A stretch of DNA of 54,452 nucleotides from an uncultured Ectothiorhodospiraceae bacterium (GCA_964564245.1 CAZMAK010000008.1:6235-60686), one strand, 5' to 3'; counted from the first letter of the stretch, positions 21,569-32,624 are shown. Program-made: numbers and translations. The notes: generated from the letters alone by a model not told the origin.

Positions 21569-22498
21569 ATGTCAACCGAAATACTGCGAATCGCAACCCG
21601 TAAAAGCCCGCTTGCGCTCTGGCAGGCCGAGCACGTCCGCACGCGCCTGCAGGCGGCCCACCCCGGTCTGGTTGTCGAGCTGGTCACCATGAGCACCCAG
21701 GGTGACCGGGTGCTGGACAGTCCGCTGGCGAAGATCGGTGGCAAGGGCCTGTTCGTGAAGGAACTGGAGCAGGGCATGCTGGAGGGCCGTGCCGACATCG
21801 CCGTGCATTCCATGAAAGACGTACCGGCCGAGTTGCCGGACGGGCTGGAGATCGGTGCGATCCTGGAGCGCGAGGACCCGCACGATGCCTTCGTGTCGAA
21901 TACATTTGGCAGTATCGAGTCGCTGCCACATGGCGCGTGCGTCGGGACATCCAGTCTGCGGCGCCAGTGCCAGTTGCGCGCATTGCGGCCGGACCTCAGG
22001 ACTCCTGACCTGCGCGGCAATGTCGGCACCCGGCTGGGCAGGCTCGACGCCGGCGAATACGACGCCATCGTACTCGCCTGCGCCGGCCTGAAGCGCCTCG
22101 GCATGGCGGAGCGGATCACGGCGGCGCTGCCGCCGGAGACCATGTTGCCGGCCATTGCCCAGGGCGTGATCGGTATCGAATGCCGCAGCGGGGACAGCCG
22201 GGTCGCGAACCTGATTGCAGTGGTGAACGACCGCGCCACGGCGCTGCGCACGAGGATCGAGCGCGCCATGAACGCCCGCCTGGCCGGTGGATGCCAGGCG
22301 CCGGTGGCCGGTTACTCGGAACTGGTCGATGATGTACTGGAGATGCGCGGGCTGGTGGGCCGGCCGGACGGCAGCGACCTGGTGTATGCCGCCATCAGCG
22401 GTCCGCCGGGCGACGCCGAGCTGCTTGGACAGGAACTGGCCGAGGACCTGCTGGCGCACGGCGCCGATGTCATCCTGAGGGAATTGCTGGGTGACTGA
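21569..22498 (+). CDS. hemC: Hydroxymethylbilane synthase (porphobilinogen deaminase)
   Basis: [56 protein letters not shown]. Confidence 0.99.
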   Translation: MSTEILRIATRKSPLALWQAEHVRTRLQAAHPGLVVELVTMSTQGDRVLDSPLAKIGGKGLFVKELEQGMLEGRADIAVHSMKDVPAELPDGLEIGAILEREDPHDAFVSNTFGSIESLPHGACVGTSSLRRQCQLRALRPDLRTPDLRGNVGTRLGRLDAGEYDAIVLACAGLKRLGMAERITAALPPETMLPAIAQGVIGIECRSGDSRVANLIAVVNDRATALRTRIERAMNARLAGGCQAPVAGYSELVDDVLEMRGLVGRPDGSDLVYAAISGPPGDAELLGQELAEDLLAHGADVILRELLGD

Positions 22499-23255
22499 AC
22501 GGCCGCGCGTCCTGGTCACGCGCCCGGCCGGACAGGCGCAGGGCCTGTGTGAACGGCTCGACCGGGCCGGGTTCGAGGCGATCCACCTGCCTGCCCTCCT
22601 CATTACCGGTAGCGCGGACGACAGCGCGCTGGCCGCATTGATACCGGCACTGGAGCAATACCAGCTGGCCGTCTTCGTCAGCATCAATGCCGTGCGGCAT
22701 GGACTGGAGCGCCTGCTGCAGCAACGCAGCTGGCCGGCGCAGACCGCCATCGCCACGGTCGGTGCCAGCACATCCGCGGCCGTGGAGGCACTCGGCCTGA
22801 CGGTGTCACACGTGCCGGAACAGGAATTCAGCAGTGAGGGCCTGCTGGCGTTGCCGGCCCTGCGCGACATGACGGGGCAGCGTGTCGTGATCCTGCGCGG
22901 CAACGGCGGTCGCGACACCCTGTATACGGAACTGGGGGCGCGTGGTGCACAGGTGGAGTACGTGGAGGTCTACCGGCGCAGCTGTCCGGAGGACGGTTCG
23001 GCCACGCTGTTGCCGTTGCTGCGCGAACAGCGGCTGGACGTCGTCACCGCCACCAGCAATGAAACCCTGCAAAACCTGTTCGACATGGCCGGGATCGAGG
23101 GGCAGCCCCTGTTGCGCGATATCCCGCTGGTGGTCGCCAGCACACGCCAGGCGGCGCTGGCCGCGCGGCTGGGCTTCCGCCAGGGGGCGGTGATCGCGGG
23201 TCACGCCAGTGACGCGGCGATGGCGGACGGGGTGCTGCAGCTGGGACTGCTTTGA
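22491..23255 (+). CDS. hemD: Uroporphyrinogen-III synthase
   Basis: VLVTRP..QA, FVS.NAV, SEGLL, RGNGGR, EVYRR; overlaps the hemC stop. Confidence 0.95.
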   Translation: MTERPRVLVTRPAGQAQGLCERLDRAGFEAIHLPALLITGSADDSALAALIPALEQYQLAVFVSINAVRHGLERLLQQRSWPAQTAIATVGASTSAAVEALGLTVSHVPEQEFSSEGLLALPALRDMTGQRVVILRGNGGRDTLYTELGARGAQVEYVEVYRRSCPEDGSATLLPLLREQRLDVVTATSNETLQNLFDMAGIEGQPLLRDIPLVVASTRQAALAARLGFRQGAVIAGHASDAAMADGVLQLGLL

Positions 23256-23295
23256 ACACCGGTGTGCCTGCGTGCCAGCCGGGCCAGGCAGTCCG

Positions 23296-24339
23296 TCAGT
23301 CCCGCTTCAGACCCTTGACGCTTTCCGCGACCGCGGCATATTCGAAGGCATCCGAGAAGAACCGGGTTTCATCCAGCCCGTGCTGCAGGAACAGGCGGTG
23401 CCCGGACTGCACCATCACCGGTGGTCCGCTCATGTAGACGTCGTGCCCGGACAGGTCGGGGTACCGTTCCACGACGGCGTCGGTCACGTAGCCGGTTATC
23501 CCGGTCCAGTCATCAGCGGGCTGCGGTTCCGACAACACCGGGGTATAGCGGAAGTTCGGGTATTGCCGCAGCCACTGCTGCGGCAGGCTGTCGAGGTAAA
23601 GGTCGCGCCGCGCACGCACGCCACGGAACAGGTGCAGCGGCTTGTCGAGCCCGGTCCGGAAGGCATGTTCCAGGATGCCCTTGAGGGGCGCAAAGCCCGT
23701 GCCGCCACCGATCAGGATGGCCGGGCGTGCCGATTCCTCGCGCAGGAAGAAGGTGCCAAGCGGTCCACGGATACGCCACATGGCCTTTTCCTTCATGCTG
23801 TGAAACACCTGGTCGGTGAACAGGCCGCCTTCCACGTAGCGAATGTGCAGCTCCACCAGTGTATCGTCGTGCGGTGCGTTGGCGATCGAGAAGGCGCGTG
23901 GTTCGTGTCCCTCGATGAGAACATCGATGTACTGGCCGGCCAGGAACTGCATGCGGTCGCTGGCCGGGAGTTTCAGGTAGATGCGGATGACATCGTGGGC
24001 GAGGTGTTCGAGTTTCTCCACGCGGCAGGGAAAGGTGCGGACCTCGATATCGCGCGCGGCATCGACCTCGCGCACGCGGATATCGAGATCGCAGGCCGGA
24101 CGCGCCTGGCAGAACAGCGCCCGGTGCTCGGCACGGTCCTGTTCGCCCAGTGCCGGCGGCATGCCGTCGGGATATTCGACGCGCCCGCGCGTCACCGTGC
24201 CCATGCATGAACCACAGGCGCCGTTGCGGCAGCCGTATGGCAGAATAACGCCCTGGCGCAGTGCGGCGTCCAGTACGCTTTCCGAAGCCTCCACGGTAAA
24301 GCGGTGGCCGCTGGACTGGATGGTGACGGTATAGGGCAT
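23296..24339 (-). CDS. 2Fe-2S/FAD/NAD(P)H oxidoreductase (CDP-6-deoxy-delta-3,4-glucoseen reductase-like)
   Basis: CRNGACGSC...C ferredoxin domain, FLAGQY, RAFSIAN, GPLGTF, GGTGFAP, YMSGPP.MV. Confidence 0.9.
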   Translation of the reverse strand: MPYTVTIQSSGHRFTVEASESVLDAALRQGVILPYGCRNGACGSCMGTVTRGRVEYPDGMPPALGEQDRAEHRALFCQARPACDLDIRVREVDAARDIEVRTFPCRVEKLEHLAHDVIRIYLKLPASDRMQFLAGQYIDVLIEGHEPRAFSIANAPHDDTLVELHIRYVEGGLFTDQVFHSMKEKAMWRIRGPLGTFFLREESARPAILIGGGTGFAPLKGILEHAFRTGLDKPLHLFRGVRARRDLYLDSLPQQWLRQYPNFRYTPVLSEPQPADDWTGITGYVTDAVVERYPDLSGHDVYMSGPPVMVQSGHRLFLQHGLDETRFFSDAFEYAAVAESVKGLKRD

Positions 24340-24385
24340 CGTGTTGCAGGAACCGGAAACGGTCGGGCATTGTCGCTGATTTGAC

Positions 24386-25255
24386 ATGGAAGATAAACCG
24401 GAAATCCCTGTGCTTATCGCGGGTTGTGGTTATATCGGCCGGCGCGTGGGCGCACGCCTGCGGGCACAATCGCGCGCGGTGACCGGACTGGTGCGCAGTG
24501 CCGCCAGCGCTGCGGAACTGCATACTGCCGGCATCGAACCGCTGCAGGCCGACCTCGACGTGGCAATACCCGTGCTCACCGCAAGGGAGGTCTTCTATTT
24601 TTCGCCGCCCCCGCCCGCAGGTGAGCGTGATCCGCGCATGCGGCGTTTCCTGGCGGCGCTGGCCACGCCACCACGCAGGATCGTCTATATCAGCACCAGC
24701 GCGGTGTACGGGGACTGTCACGGGGAGTGGATCGACGAAACCCGGGCGACCGTGCCGACCACGTCACGCGGGCAACGCCGCCTCGATGCCGAACGGCAGC
24801 TGGTGCGCTGGTGCAGCGAGCAGGGCAGTCAGTGGATCATCCTGCGTGTGCCGGGTATCTACGGACCGGGCAAGTTGCCGCTGGCGCGCCTGCAAAAGGG
24901 CCTGCCGGTGTTGCGCGAGGCGGAAGCGCCGTACACCAATCGTATTCATGCCGATGACCTGGTGAACATCTGCATGGCGGCCATGCAGTCCGTGCACCAC
25001 AACACCGTCTACAACGTCAGCGACGGACAACCCGGCAACATGACCGACTACTTTTTCCGTGTCGCTGATGCCGCCGGCCTGCCGCGCCCGGCGGAGGTGT
25101 CGCGTGCCGGGGCGGATGCCGTGCTGAGCGCTGCCATGCTGTCGTTCCTGCAGGATTCACGGCGCATGAAGAACGGCAAATTGCTGAAAGAACTTGAAAT
25201 CGTGCTGGCATACCCGGACCTGGACAGCGGGCTGGGCAGCTGCTTCGGGCGCTGA
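24386..25255 (+). CDS. NAD-dependent epimerase/dehydratase, atypical SDR (YeeZ-like)
   Basis: IAGCGYIG, YISTSAVYG, LRVPGIYGPG, NRIHADDL. Confidence 0.9.
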   Translation: MEDKPEIPVLIAGCGYIGRRVGARLRAQSRAVTGLVRSAASAAELHTAGIEPLQADLDVAIPVLTAREVFYFSPPPPAGERDPRMRRFLAALATPPRRIVYISTSAVYGDCHGEWIDETRATVPTTSRGQRRLDAERQLVRWCSEQGSQWIILRVPGIYGPGKLPLARLQKGLPVLREAEAPYTNRIHADDLVNICMAAMQSVHHNTVYNVSDGQPGNMTDYFFRVADAAGLPRPAEVSRAGADAVLSAAMLSFLQDSRRMKNGKLLKELEIVLAYPDLDSGLGSCFGR

Positions 25256-25305
25256 TCTTGCGCGTCGGACAACATTTGGTACAGTTAGCAGGCAGAACAA
25301 CTCAC

Positions 25306-25380
25306 TATGGAACCTCTGATTCAATCGGAAATTCCCGTCACTGCGTTCCTCGCAATGACGAATTAATCAGAGATTCCCTG
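25306..25380. repeat. Short MITE-like inverted repeat enclosing a REP-like hairpin
   Basis: GGAACCTCTGATT (25309-25321) and AATCAGAGATTCC (25365-25377) are 12/13 complementary; inner CGTCACTGCG-ttcct-CGCAATGACG is 9/10. Confidence 0.7.
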
Positions 25381-25402
25381 TAATAGCCGGGGGTTCAGGA
25401 CG

Positions 25403-26227
25403 ATGAAGAACATTCTCGCGGCCATCTTGCTGTTGCTCGGTCCTGTGCACGCGGCGCTGGCGATTACCGTGGCCGATCTGCCGGGGCAATTACAAACCTG
25501 TGTTGGCGATGCAAGCTGTTTCCTTGCGTTAAGTCCCGCGGCGGATTTCGGCAACATGCAGGCCTATTCCTATACCGATTCCGGTGGATACGGTTATGCG
25601 CTGCGCTACACGCTAACGCCACCATCCGGCCAACAGAGCAGTTACAGCGGTTTCACGCCATATACCGGTTCGGTCTGGCTGACTGTCTACAACAGCTATG
25701 ACCTGGCAACGGATTCCGCACGTGTCACGGTGTATACGGATACAGTCAGCCCCACGCCTGCAAACCTGCTGATCGGTGACAGCAGTGGCCTGGACCTGAG
25801 CATTGACATGCAGAACGCGGCGTTGTTCTCTTCTTCCGGTTACCGGGAGGTCGGTCTTGATAATGATCTCAACTCCATTGACCAGGGCACGATGAGCCTG
25901 CTGGGTGACCAGGAGGTTACTGCATTGCTGCCCTGCCTCGCAGAAGGTTGTTATTCGCGTGCAACGCTCAACCTGCTCTACCTTTCATTTGGTGATAACG
26001 GTAGTGGTCGTGCAGTACTGTCCCTCAATCCGGCGGATACGCGGGCACTGCTGTATGAGCTGGAATCGTATGACCCTTACGGTTATGACCCGAATACAAT
26101 GGATACCACGGGCACGCTCACGAAGCAGTCGTACTACATTGCCACGGTGCCGCTGCCGGCTGCCTGCGGGTTGTTGCTGTCCGGACTGGGATTGCTGGGC
26201 ATGCGTTGCCGCAGGGTCAGCGGCTGA
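25403..26227 (+). CDS. VPLPA-CTERM (PEP-CTERM-type) sorting-domain exported protein
   Basis: N-terminal signal peptide; Ser/Thr/Gly/Tyr-rich body; C-terminus VPLPAACGLLLSGLGLLGMRCRR (motif, TM helix, basic tail). Confidence 0.88.
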   Translation: MKNILAAILLLLGPVHAALAITVADLPGQLQTCVGDASCFLALSPAADFGNMQAYSYTDSGGYGYALRYTLTPPSGQQSSYSGFTPYTGSVWLTVYNSYDLATDSARVTVYTDTVSPTPANLLIGDSSGLDLSIDMQNAALFSSSGYREVGLDNDLNSIDQGTMSLLGDQEVTALLPCLAEGCYSRATLNLLYLSFGDNGSGRAVLSLNPADTRALLYELESYDPYGYDPNTMDTTGTLTKQSYYIATVPLPAACGLLLSGLGLLGMRCRRVSG

Positions 26228-26984
26228 ATTCCGCCACGACCGGTGCATGGTCGGACGGTCGCTCCAGCCGGCGCGGTTCCCTGTCGATGGTGCAGGCCGT
26301 GCAGGTGTTCGCCAGTGCGGCACTCGCCAGGATCAGGTCGATGCGCAGTCCCAGGTTGCGGCGAAACGCGGCGGCGCGGTAGTCCCACCAGCTGAAACTC
26401 CCCTCTTCCTGTTCGAAGCGGCGAAACACGTCACTGAGTCCAAGCCCGAGGATCTTCTGCAGCGCCGTGCGTTCCGGCGTGCTGCACAGGATGCGTTCGC
26501 GCCAGGCCTCCGGGTCGTGGACATCACGGTCTTCCGGCGCGATATTGAAGTCACCCAGCGTGACGAAGTGTGCATGTTCCTGCAGCTGGTCCGCGATGTA
26601 GTCCGCCACCTTGCCCAGCCAGTACAGCTTGTGATCGTACTTTGCGCTGCCGACCTCCTGTCCGTTGACGACGTACAGGTTGAGCACGCGCACGCCATCG
26701 ATGGTGGCGCCGAGAATGCGCCGCTGCGGATCGTCGAGCCCGGGGATGTCGGTGATGACGTCAGCGGGCGGCCGCCTGCTGATGATGGCCACGCCGTTGT
26801 AGGTCTTCTGGCCGGAATACACCACTTCGTACCCGGCCGCGCGGATTTCCCCGGCCGGGAAATTCTCGTCGGTCAGCTTGGTCTCCTGCAGGCACAGCAC
26901 GTCCGGTTCGGCCACGGTCAGCCAGTCGAGCACGTGCGGCAGGCGTACCTTGAGGGAGTTGACGTTCCAGGTGGCGATTTTCAT
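26217..26984 (-). CDS. xth: Exodeoxyribonuclease III
   Basis: MKIATWNVNS, LCLQETK, YNGVAI, GDFNIAP, FSWWDYR, GLRIDLIL, SDHAPV. Confidence 0.97.
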   Translation of the reverse strand: MKIATWNVNSLKVRLPHVLDWLTVAEPDVLCLQETKLTDENFPAGEIRAAGYEVVYSGQKTYNGVAIISRRPPADVITDIPGLDDPQRRILGATIDGVRVLNLYVVNGQEVGSAKYDHKLYWLGKVADYIADQLQEHAHFVTLGDFNIAPEDRDVHDPEAWRERILCSTPERTALQKILGLGLSDVFRRFEQEEGSFSWWDYRAAAFRRNLGLRIDLILASAALANTCTACTIDREPRRLERPSDHAPVVAEFSR

Positions 26985-26992
26985 AAGAATAA

Positions 26993-27014
26993 TTCTCGCG
27001 CAAAGGCGCCAGGG
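26993..27014. repeat. Second, single-arm copy of the CTCGCGCAAAGGCGC repeat
   Basis: TTCTCGCGCAAAGGCGC at 26993-27009 is identical to 16121-16137. Confidence 0.65.
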
Positions 27015-27075
27015 AAAACAGCTGGAAGCGCCTGCAAGGCGCTCCTGCAACGGGACATTTTATGCTTTGTGGAAT

Positions 27076-29112
27076 TCAGGCAGCCAGTCCACTATGGCGC
27101 AGCAGTGCGTCGATGGTGGGTTCGCGGCCGCGGAATTCCACGAACAGTTCCATCGGTTCACGCGAGCCGCCCTGCTCCAGCACACTGTGCAGGAAGCGCT
27201 CGCCGGTCTCGCGGTTGAAGATGCCGGTTTCCTCGAACGCGGAGAAGGCATCCGCGGACAGTACCTCGGCCCACTTGTAGCTGTAGTAGCCGGCCGCGTA
27301 ACCACCGCCGAAGATGTGGGTGAAGCTGTTCTCGAAGCGGTTGAATTCCGGTGGCCGGACCACGGCCACCTCGTTGCGCACCGCCTCCAGGGTTTCGTGT
27401 ACGCGCGCACCCCTGGCCGGATCGTAGTCGCGGTGCAGGCGGAAGTCGAACAATGCGAATTCGAGCTGGCGCAGCATCTGCATGGCGGACTGGAAATTGC
27501 GCGCCTGGTGCATGCGCTGGTACAGCTCATCCGGAAGTTTCCCGCCGCTGCGGTAGTGACCGGAGACCAGGTCCAGCGCCTCGCGCTCCCAGCACCAGTT
27601 CTCCATGAACTGGCTGGGCAGTTCGACCGCGTCCCAGGCCACGCCGCTGATGCCGGATACTCCCGCGTAATCGATCCGGGTCAGCATGTGATGCAGGCCA
27701 TGACCGAACTCATGAAACAGCGTGATGACCTCGTCATGTGTGAACAGCGCCGGGTCGTCACCGATGGGTGGTGAGAAATTGCAGGTCAGGTAGGCCACCG
27801 GGGTCTGGACGCCGCCGGCCGTGCGTCGGCGGCTGATGCACTCGTCCATCCAGGCGCCGCCGCGCTTGTGCGGGCGCGCGTACAGGTCGAGGTAGAACTC
27901 GCCACGCAGGCTACCGCCGCGGTCATGGATGCGGAAGAAGCGGACATCACGGTGCCAGGTGTCGATGCCCTGCGCCGGTGTAACCTGCAGTCCGTACAGG
28001 CGTTCGACGATGGCGAACAGGCCGCCGAGTACACGGTCTTCCGGGAACCAGGGTTTCAGTTCTTCCTGGGAGATGCTGTATTTCTGCCGGCGCAGCTGCT
28101 CGGACCAGTACGGGATATCCCAGGCCTGCAGGTCGTTGCAGCCGTGCGTGGCGGCGAAAGCGCGCACTTCCTGCAACTCCCTTTCACCGGCCGCGCGGGT
28201 TCGTGCGGACAGGTCATTCAGAAACGCCATTACCTGGTCTGTGCTATGCGCCATCTTGGTCGCAAGTGACCGCTCCGCGTAGTTGCCGAAGCCAAGCAAC
28301 CGGGCGGCTTCGTGGCGCAGTGCAAGGATCTGTTCCATGATCGTGTCGTTGCCGAACTGTCCGGCATTCGGGCCGAAGGCGGAGGCACGCGTAACATAGG
28401 CGGTATACAGTTCCTTGCGCAGATCACGATTTTCCGCGTAGATCATGACCGGGTAATAGGACGGGAATTCCAGGGTGAACACCCAGCCTTCGAGTTCGCG
28501 CTGCGTGGCGGTCTGCCTGGCCAGCGAGCGCGCGCTTTCGGGCAACCCGGCCAGCAGTGACTCATCCCGGATCTGTTTGTGCCAGGCAGTGGTTGCATCC
28601 AGCACGTTGTCGCTGTACTTCGAGGACAGCTCGGACAATTGCTGCATGATCGCCTTGAATCGTTCGCGCTGCTGTTGCGGCAGCTCGATACCGGACAGGC
28701 GGAAGTCGCGCAGGGCATTGTCCACGACCTTGCGCTGCGCGGTGTCCAGCCGCCGGTATTCCTCGCCTTCTGCAATCTGCCGCCAGGCACGGTACAGGCC
28801 CTCGTGCTGGCCGAGGTCGGTGCCGTACTCGCTGAGCAGCGGCAGGCACTCGTTGTAGGCCTTGCGCAGGTCCTCGCTGTTGACCACGGCATTCATGTGG
28901 CTGACCGGCGACCAGGCGCGGCTGATGCGGTCGTCCATCTCCTCCATGGGCGCGATCAGGTTGTCCCAGGTCCAGTGGTCCTGATTCGCCAGCAGCTGCT
29001 CCACCTGCGCCCGTCCTTCACCGAGCAACTGCTCGATGGCCGGTCTCACATGCCCGGGCCGGATTTCGGAAAAGCGTGGCAGACCGTTCTGGTTGAGTAG
29101 TGGATTCGACAT
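27076..29112 (-). CDS. prlC: Oligopeptidase A (M3 peptidase)
   Basis: MSNPLL, KRGGAWM, HEFGHGLHH zinc motif, WDAVELPSQFME, YAAGYYSYKWAEVL. Confidence 0.97.
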   Translation of the reverse strand: MSNPLLNQNGLPRFSEIRPGHVRPAIEQLLGEGRAQVEQLLANQDHWTWDNLIAPMEEMDDRISRAWSPVSHMNAVVNSEDLRKAYNECLPLLSEYGTDLGQHEGLYRAWRQIAEGEEYRRLDTAQRKVVDNALRDFRLSGIELPQQQRERFKAIMQQLSELSSKYSDNVLDATTAWHKQIRDESLLAGLPESARSLARQTATQRELEGWVFTLEFPSYYPVMIYAENRDLRKELYTAYVTRASAFGPNAGQFGNDTIMEQILALRHEAARLLGFGNYAERSLATKMAHSTDQVMAFLNDLSARTRAAGERELQEVRAFAATHGCNDLQAWDIPYWSEQLRRQKYSISQEELKPWFPEDRVLGGLFAIVERLYGLQVTPAQGIDTWHRDVRFFRIHDRGGSLRGEFYLDLYARPHKRGGAWMDECISRRRTAGGVQTPVAYLTCNFSPPIGDDPALFTHDEVITLFHEFGHGLHHMLTRIDYAGVSGISGVAWDAVELPSQFMENWCWEREALDLVSGHYRSGGKLPDELYQRMHQARNFQSAMQMLRQLEFALFDFRLHRDYDPARGARVHETLEAVRNEVAVVRPPEFNRFENSFTHIFGGGYAAGYYSYKWAEVLSADAFSAFEETGIFNRETGERFLHSVLEQGGSREPMELFVEFRGREPTIDALLRHSGLAA

Positions 29113-29238
29113 GCAGTAACTTCCTCGCAACCGTTTATCCCGGCAACTTTAGCACGGGATCACTTGCCAGGGCATGTACCTTGCCTGTACTTTTGCCGTC
29201 CTGCCCGGACCCAACAACCCTGTAAAACGAGGTGCCAT

Positions 29239-29772
29239 GTGACGATCCGTGTCTTTGAATCCATTCACCCGACCATCGCCGCGAGTGCCTACGTGGACGA
29301 GCGGGCCGTGGTGATCGGCCGCGTCACGCTGGCCGAGGATGTCTCGCTGTGGCCACAGGTCGTGGCGCGCGGTGACGTGAACTTCATCGAGATCGGTGCC
29401 CGCACCAACATCCAGGACGGCACCATCCTGCACGTCAGCCATGACAGCGAATTCGCACCGGGAGGGTTTCCACTGCGTATCGGTGCCGATATCACCGTCG
29501 GTCACCAGGCCATCCTGCACGGCTGCACGGTGGAGGACCGCTGCCTGATCGGCATGGCAGCAACCGTCATGGACGGCGCAATCGTGCGTTCCGGCGCCAT
29601 CGTCGGTGCCGGCAGCCTGGTCCCGCCCGGCCACGAACTGGAAGGCGGCTACCTGTGGGTGGGTTCACCGGCGCGCCGGGTGCGTGAACTGCGCGCGCAG
29701 GAAATCGCCTTTCTCGATTATTCCGCGCAACATTACGTGGAACTGAAAAACCGGCACCTGGCCGGGGAATGA
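29239..29772 (+). CDS. Gamma carbonic anhydrase family protein (YrdA-like)
   Basis: Hexapeptide repeats, RGDVN, NIQDG..LHV, VGH.A.LHGC; GTG start after GAGG. Confidence 0.93.
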   Translation: MTIRVFESIHPTIAASAYVDERAVVIGRVTLAEDVSLWPQVVARGDVNFIEIGARTNIQDGTILHVSHDSEFAPGGFPLRIGADITVGHQAILHGCTVEDRCLIGMAATVMDGAIVRSGAIVGAGSLVPPGHELEGGYLWVGSPARRVRELRAQEIAFLDYSAQHYVELKNRHLAGE

Positions 29773-29798
29773 CTACCATACAGCATGACCGGTACGTC

Positions 29799-30668
29799 CT
29801 AGTCGAACACTACCGTCCGGTTTTCGTAGACCAGGATATTGTGATGCAGGTGGTGCCATACGGCGCGGGCCAGCACCACCTTTTCCAGGTCGCGCCCCTT
29901 GCGGATCATGTCTTCGACCGAATCCTCATGCGTCACACGCACCACATCCTGTTCGATGATCGGCCCGGCATCCAGTTCGGCGGTCGCAAAATGGCTGGTC
30001 GCGCCGATGATCTTCACTCCCCTGTCATGCGCGGAGTGATAGGGCCGGGCACCGGGAAATGAGGGCAGGAAGGAATGATGGATATTAATGATTCGCTCAG
30101 GGTAGTTGTCGATAAATCCGTCACTCAGGACCTGCATGTAGCGCGCCAGTACGATGAAATCAATCCGGTACTGCCGCAGCAGTTCAAGCTGTTTGCGTTC
30201 CTGTTCCGCACGGTTCTCCCGGGTGACCGGCAGATGCACGCAATCGATACCCAGTCGCCCGGCCGCTGCCTGCATGCCGGTATGGTTGCTGATGATCAGG
30301 GGGATGTCGACTTTCCACTCGGCGGACTCATAGCGGGCCAGGATATCGTAGAAGCAGTGCAGCTGTTCTGACACAAACAGGGCCATGCGCGGTATTTCGT
30401 CTGAAAAGTGCAGCCGCCAGTGCATGGAAAAGCGGTTTGCCACCAGTGTTTCAAAGTACTCGCCGATCTTCCCGTCAGCAATGACAAAGTCCTGCAAATC
30501 CCATTCGATGCGCAGGAAGAATACCTTGTGCTCGGTATCCACGTGCTGGTCCAGATACAGGATATTGCCGCCGTTCTTGAATATGAACTCGGTGATTGAT
30601 ATCACAATCCCCTTCTGGTCCGGGCAATGAACCAGCAGAACTGCCGACTTCGAGGTTGCGTTGTCCAC
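29799..30668 (-). CDS. purU: Formyltetrahydrofolate deformylase
   Basis: ACT domain CPDQKGIV, LARYMQ, INIHHSFLP, GVKIIGATSH, LDAGPIIEQ. Confidence 0.97.
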   Translation of the reverse strand: MDNATSKSAVLLVHCPDQKGIVISITEFIFKNGGNILYLDQHVDTEHKVFFLRIEWDLQDFVIADGKIGEYFETLVANRFSMHWRLHFSDEIPRMALFVSEQLHCFYDILARYESAEWKVDIPLIISNHTGMQAAAGRLGIDCVHLPVTRENRAEQERKQLELLRQYRIDFIVLARYMQVLSDGFIDNYPERIINIHHSFLPSFPGARPYHSAHDRGVKIIGATSHFATAELDAGPIIEQDVVRVTHEDSVEDMIRKGRDLEKVVLARAVWHHLHHNILVYENRTVVFD

Positions 30669-30677
30669 TTTGCTTTC

Positions 30678-31496
30678 CTAACTGTTTCTCAACGCCGCGA
30701 TTACCGGTGCGGTATCCGGCATGACCTTGCGCCACAGGCGGAAGGATTCCGCGGCCTGTTCCACCAGCATGCCGAGTCCGTCCACGACCGTGCCGGCACC
30801 GTGCCGGGCGGCCCACTCCATGAACACGGTCGGCTCGTCGCCGTACATCATGTCGTAGCACAATCCGTCTGCCGTGATCACGCCGGGGTCGATGGCCGGC
30901 ACCGCGCCCGACAGGCTGGCGGCCGTGGCGTTGATGATGACATCGAAGTCCTGTCCTGCCACGTCGGGCAGGCCGCAGCCCTCGGTGTGCCCGAGGGTGC
31001 AGAAGTGCCGTGCCAGGTCGAGGGCACGGTCGGCCGTGCGGTTGGCGATGACCAGCAAGGCGGGGTGTTCCTGCAACAACGGCTCGATCACACCCCGTGC
31101 GGCACCGCCGGCCCCGAGCAGCAGGATGCGCTTGCCCGGCAGCTGTACGCCGTGATTGTCGCGCAGGTCACGCAGCAGACCGATCCCGTCGGTGTTGTCG
31201 CCGAAATGCCGGCCGTCGGGAACCAGCACCAGTGTATTGACGGCACCGGCGTGCTCGGCGCGCGGGCTGCGGGTGTGTGACAGCCGCCAGGCGGCCTCCT
31301 TGAACGGCACGGTGATGTTCACGCCCTTGCCGCCCTGGTCGACGAATCCGGTCACCGCGGCCTCGAAACCGCCCGGTTCGACCAGGATGCGGGAGTACTC
31401 GATATCCTGGCCGGTCTGTTCCGCAAACAGGGCGTGTATGCGTGGTGACCGGCTGTGCGCTACCGGGTTGCCCAGCACGGCATAGCGGTCACGCAT
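30678..31496 (-). CDS. aroE: Shikimate dehydrogenase
   Basis: GNPVAHSRSP, NITVPFK, AVNT, NTDG, GAGGAARG, DGLGMLVEQA. Confidence 0.98.
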   Translation of the reverse strand: MRDRYAVLGNPVAHSRSPRIHALFAEQTGQDIEYSRILVEPGGFEAAVTGFVDQGGKGVNITVPFKEAAWRLSHTRSPRAEHAGAVNTLVLVPDGRHFGDNTDGIGLLRDLRDNHGVQLPGKRILLLGAGGAARGVIEPLLQEHPALLVIANRTADRALDLARHFCTLGHTEGCGLPDVAGQDFDVIINATAASLSGAVPAIDPGVITADGLCYDMMYGDEPTVFMEWAARHGAGTVVDGLGMLVEQAAESFRLWRKVMPDTAPVIAALRNS

Positions 31497-31505
31497 CGTT
31501 GCCGG

Positions 31506-32513
<1,008 letters not shown>

Positions 32514-32624
32514 TTACTCCTGTGCGGTTACCCGGACAGTGTACCGTGCCTCGCTGCCAGAGGTCAGTCCCCTGGCGGTAGTGCGTGACTTTCGCGCCGG
32601 GGACCCGCCGTGTAAGCTCGCGGG

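Noticed and set aside
25276-25295. Sigma54 promoter for the VPLPA-CTERM gene (TGGTAC...GC)
   Set aside because: GG-to-GC spacing is 8 or 12 nt rather than the required 10.
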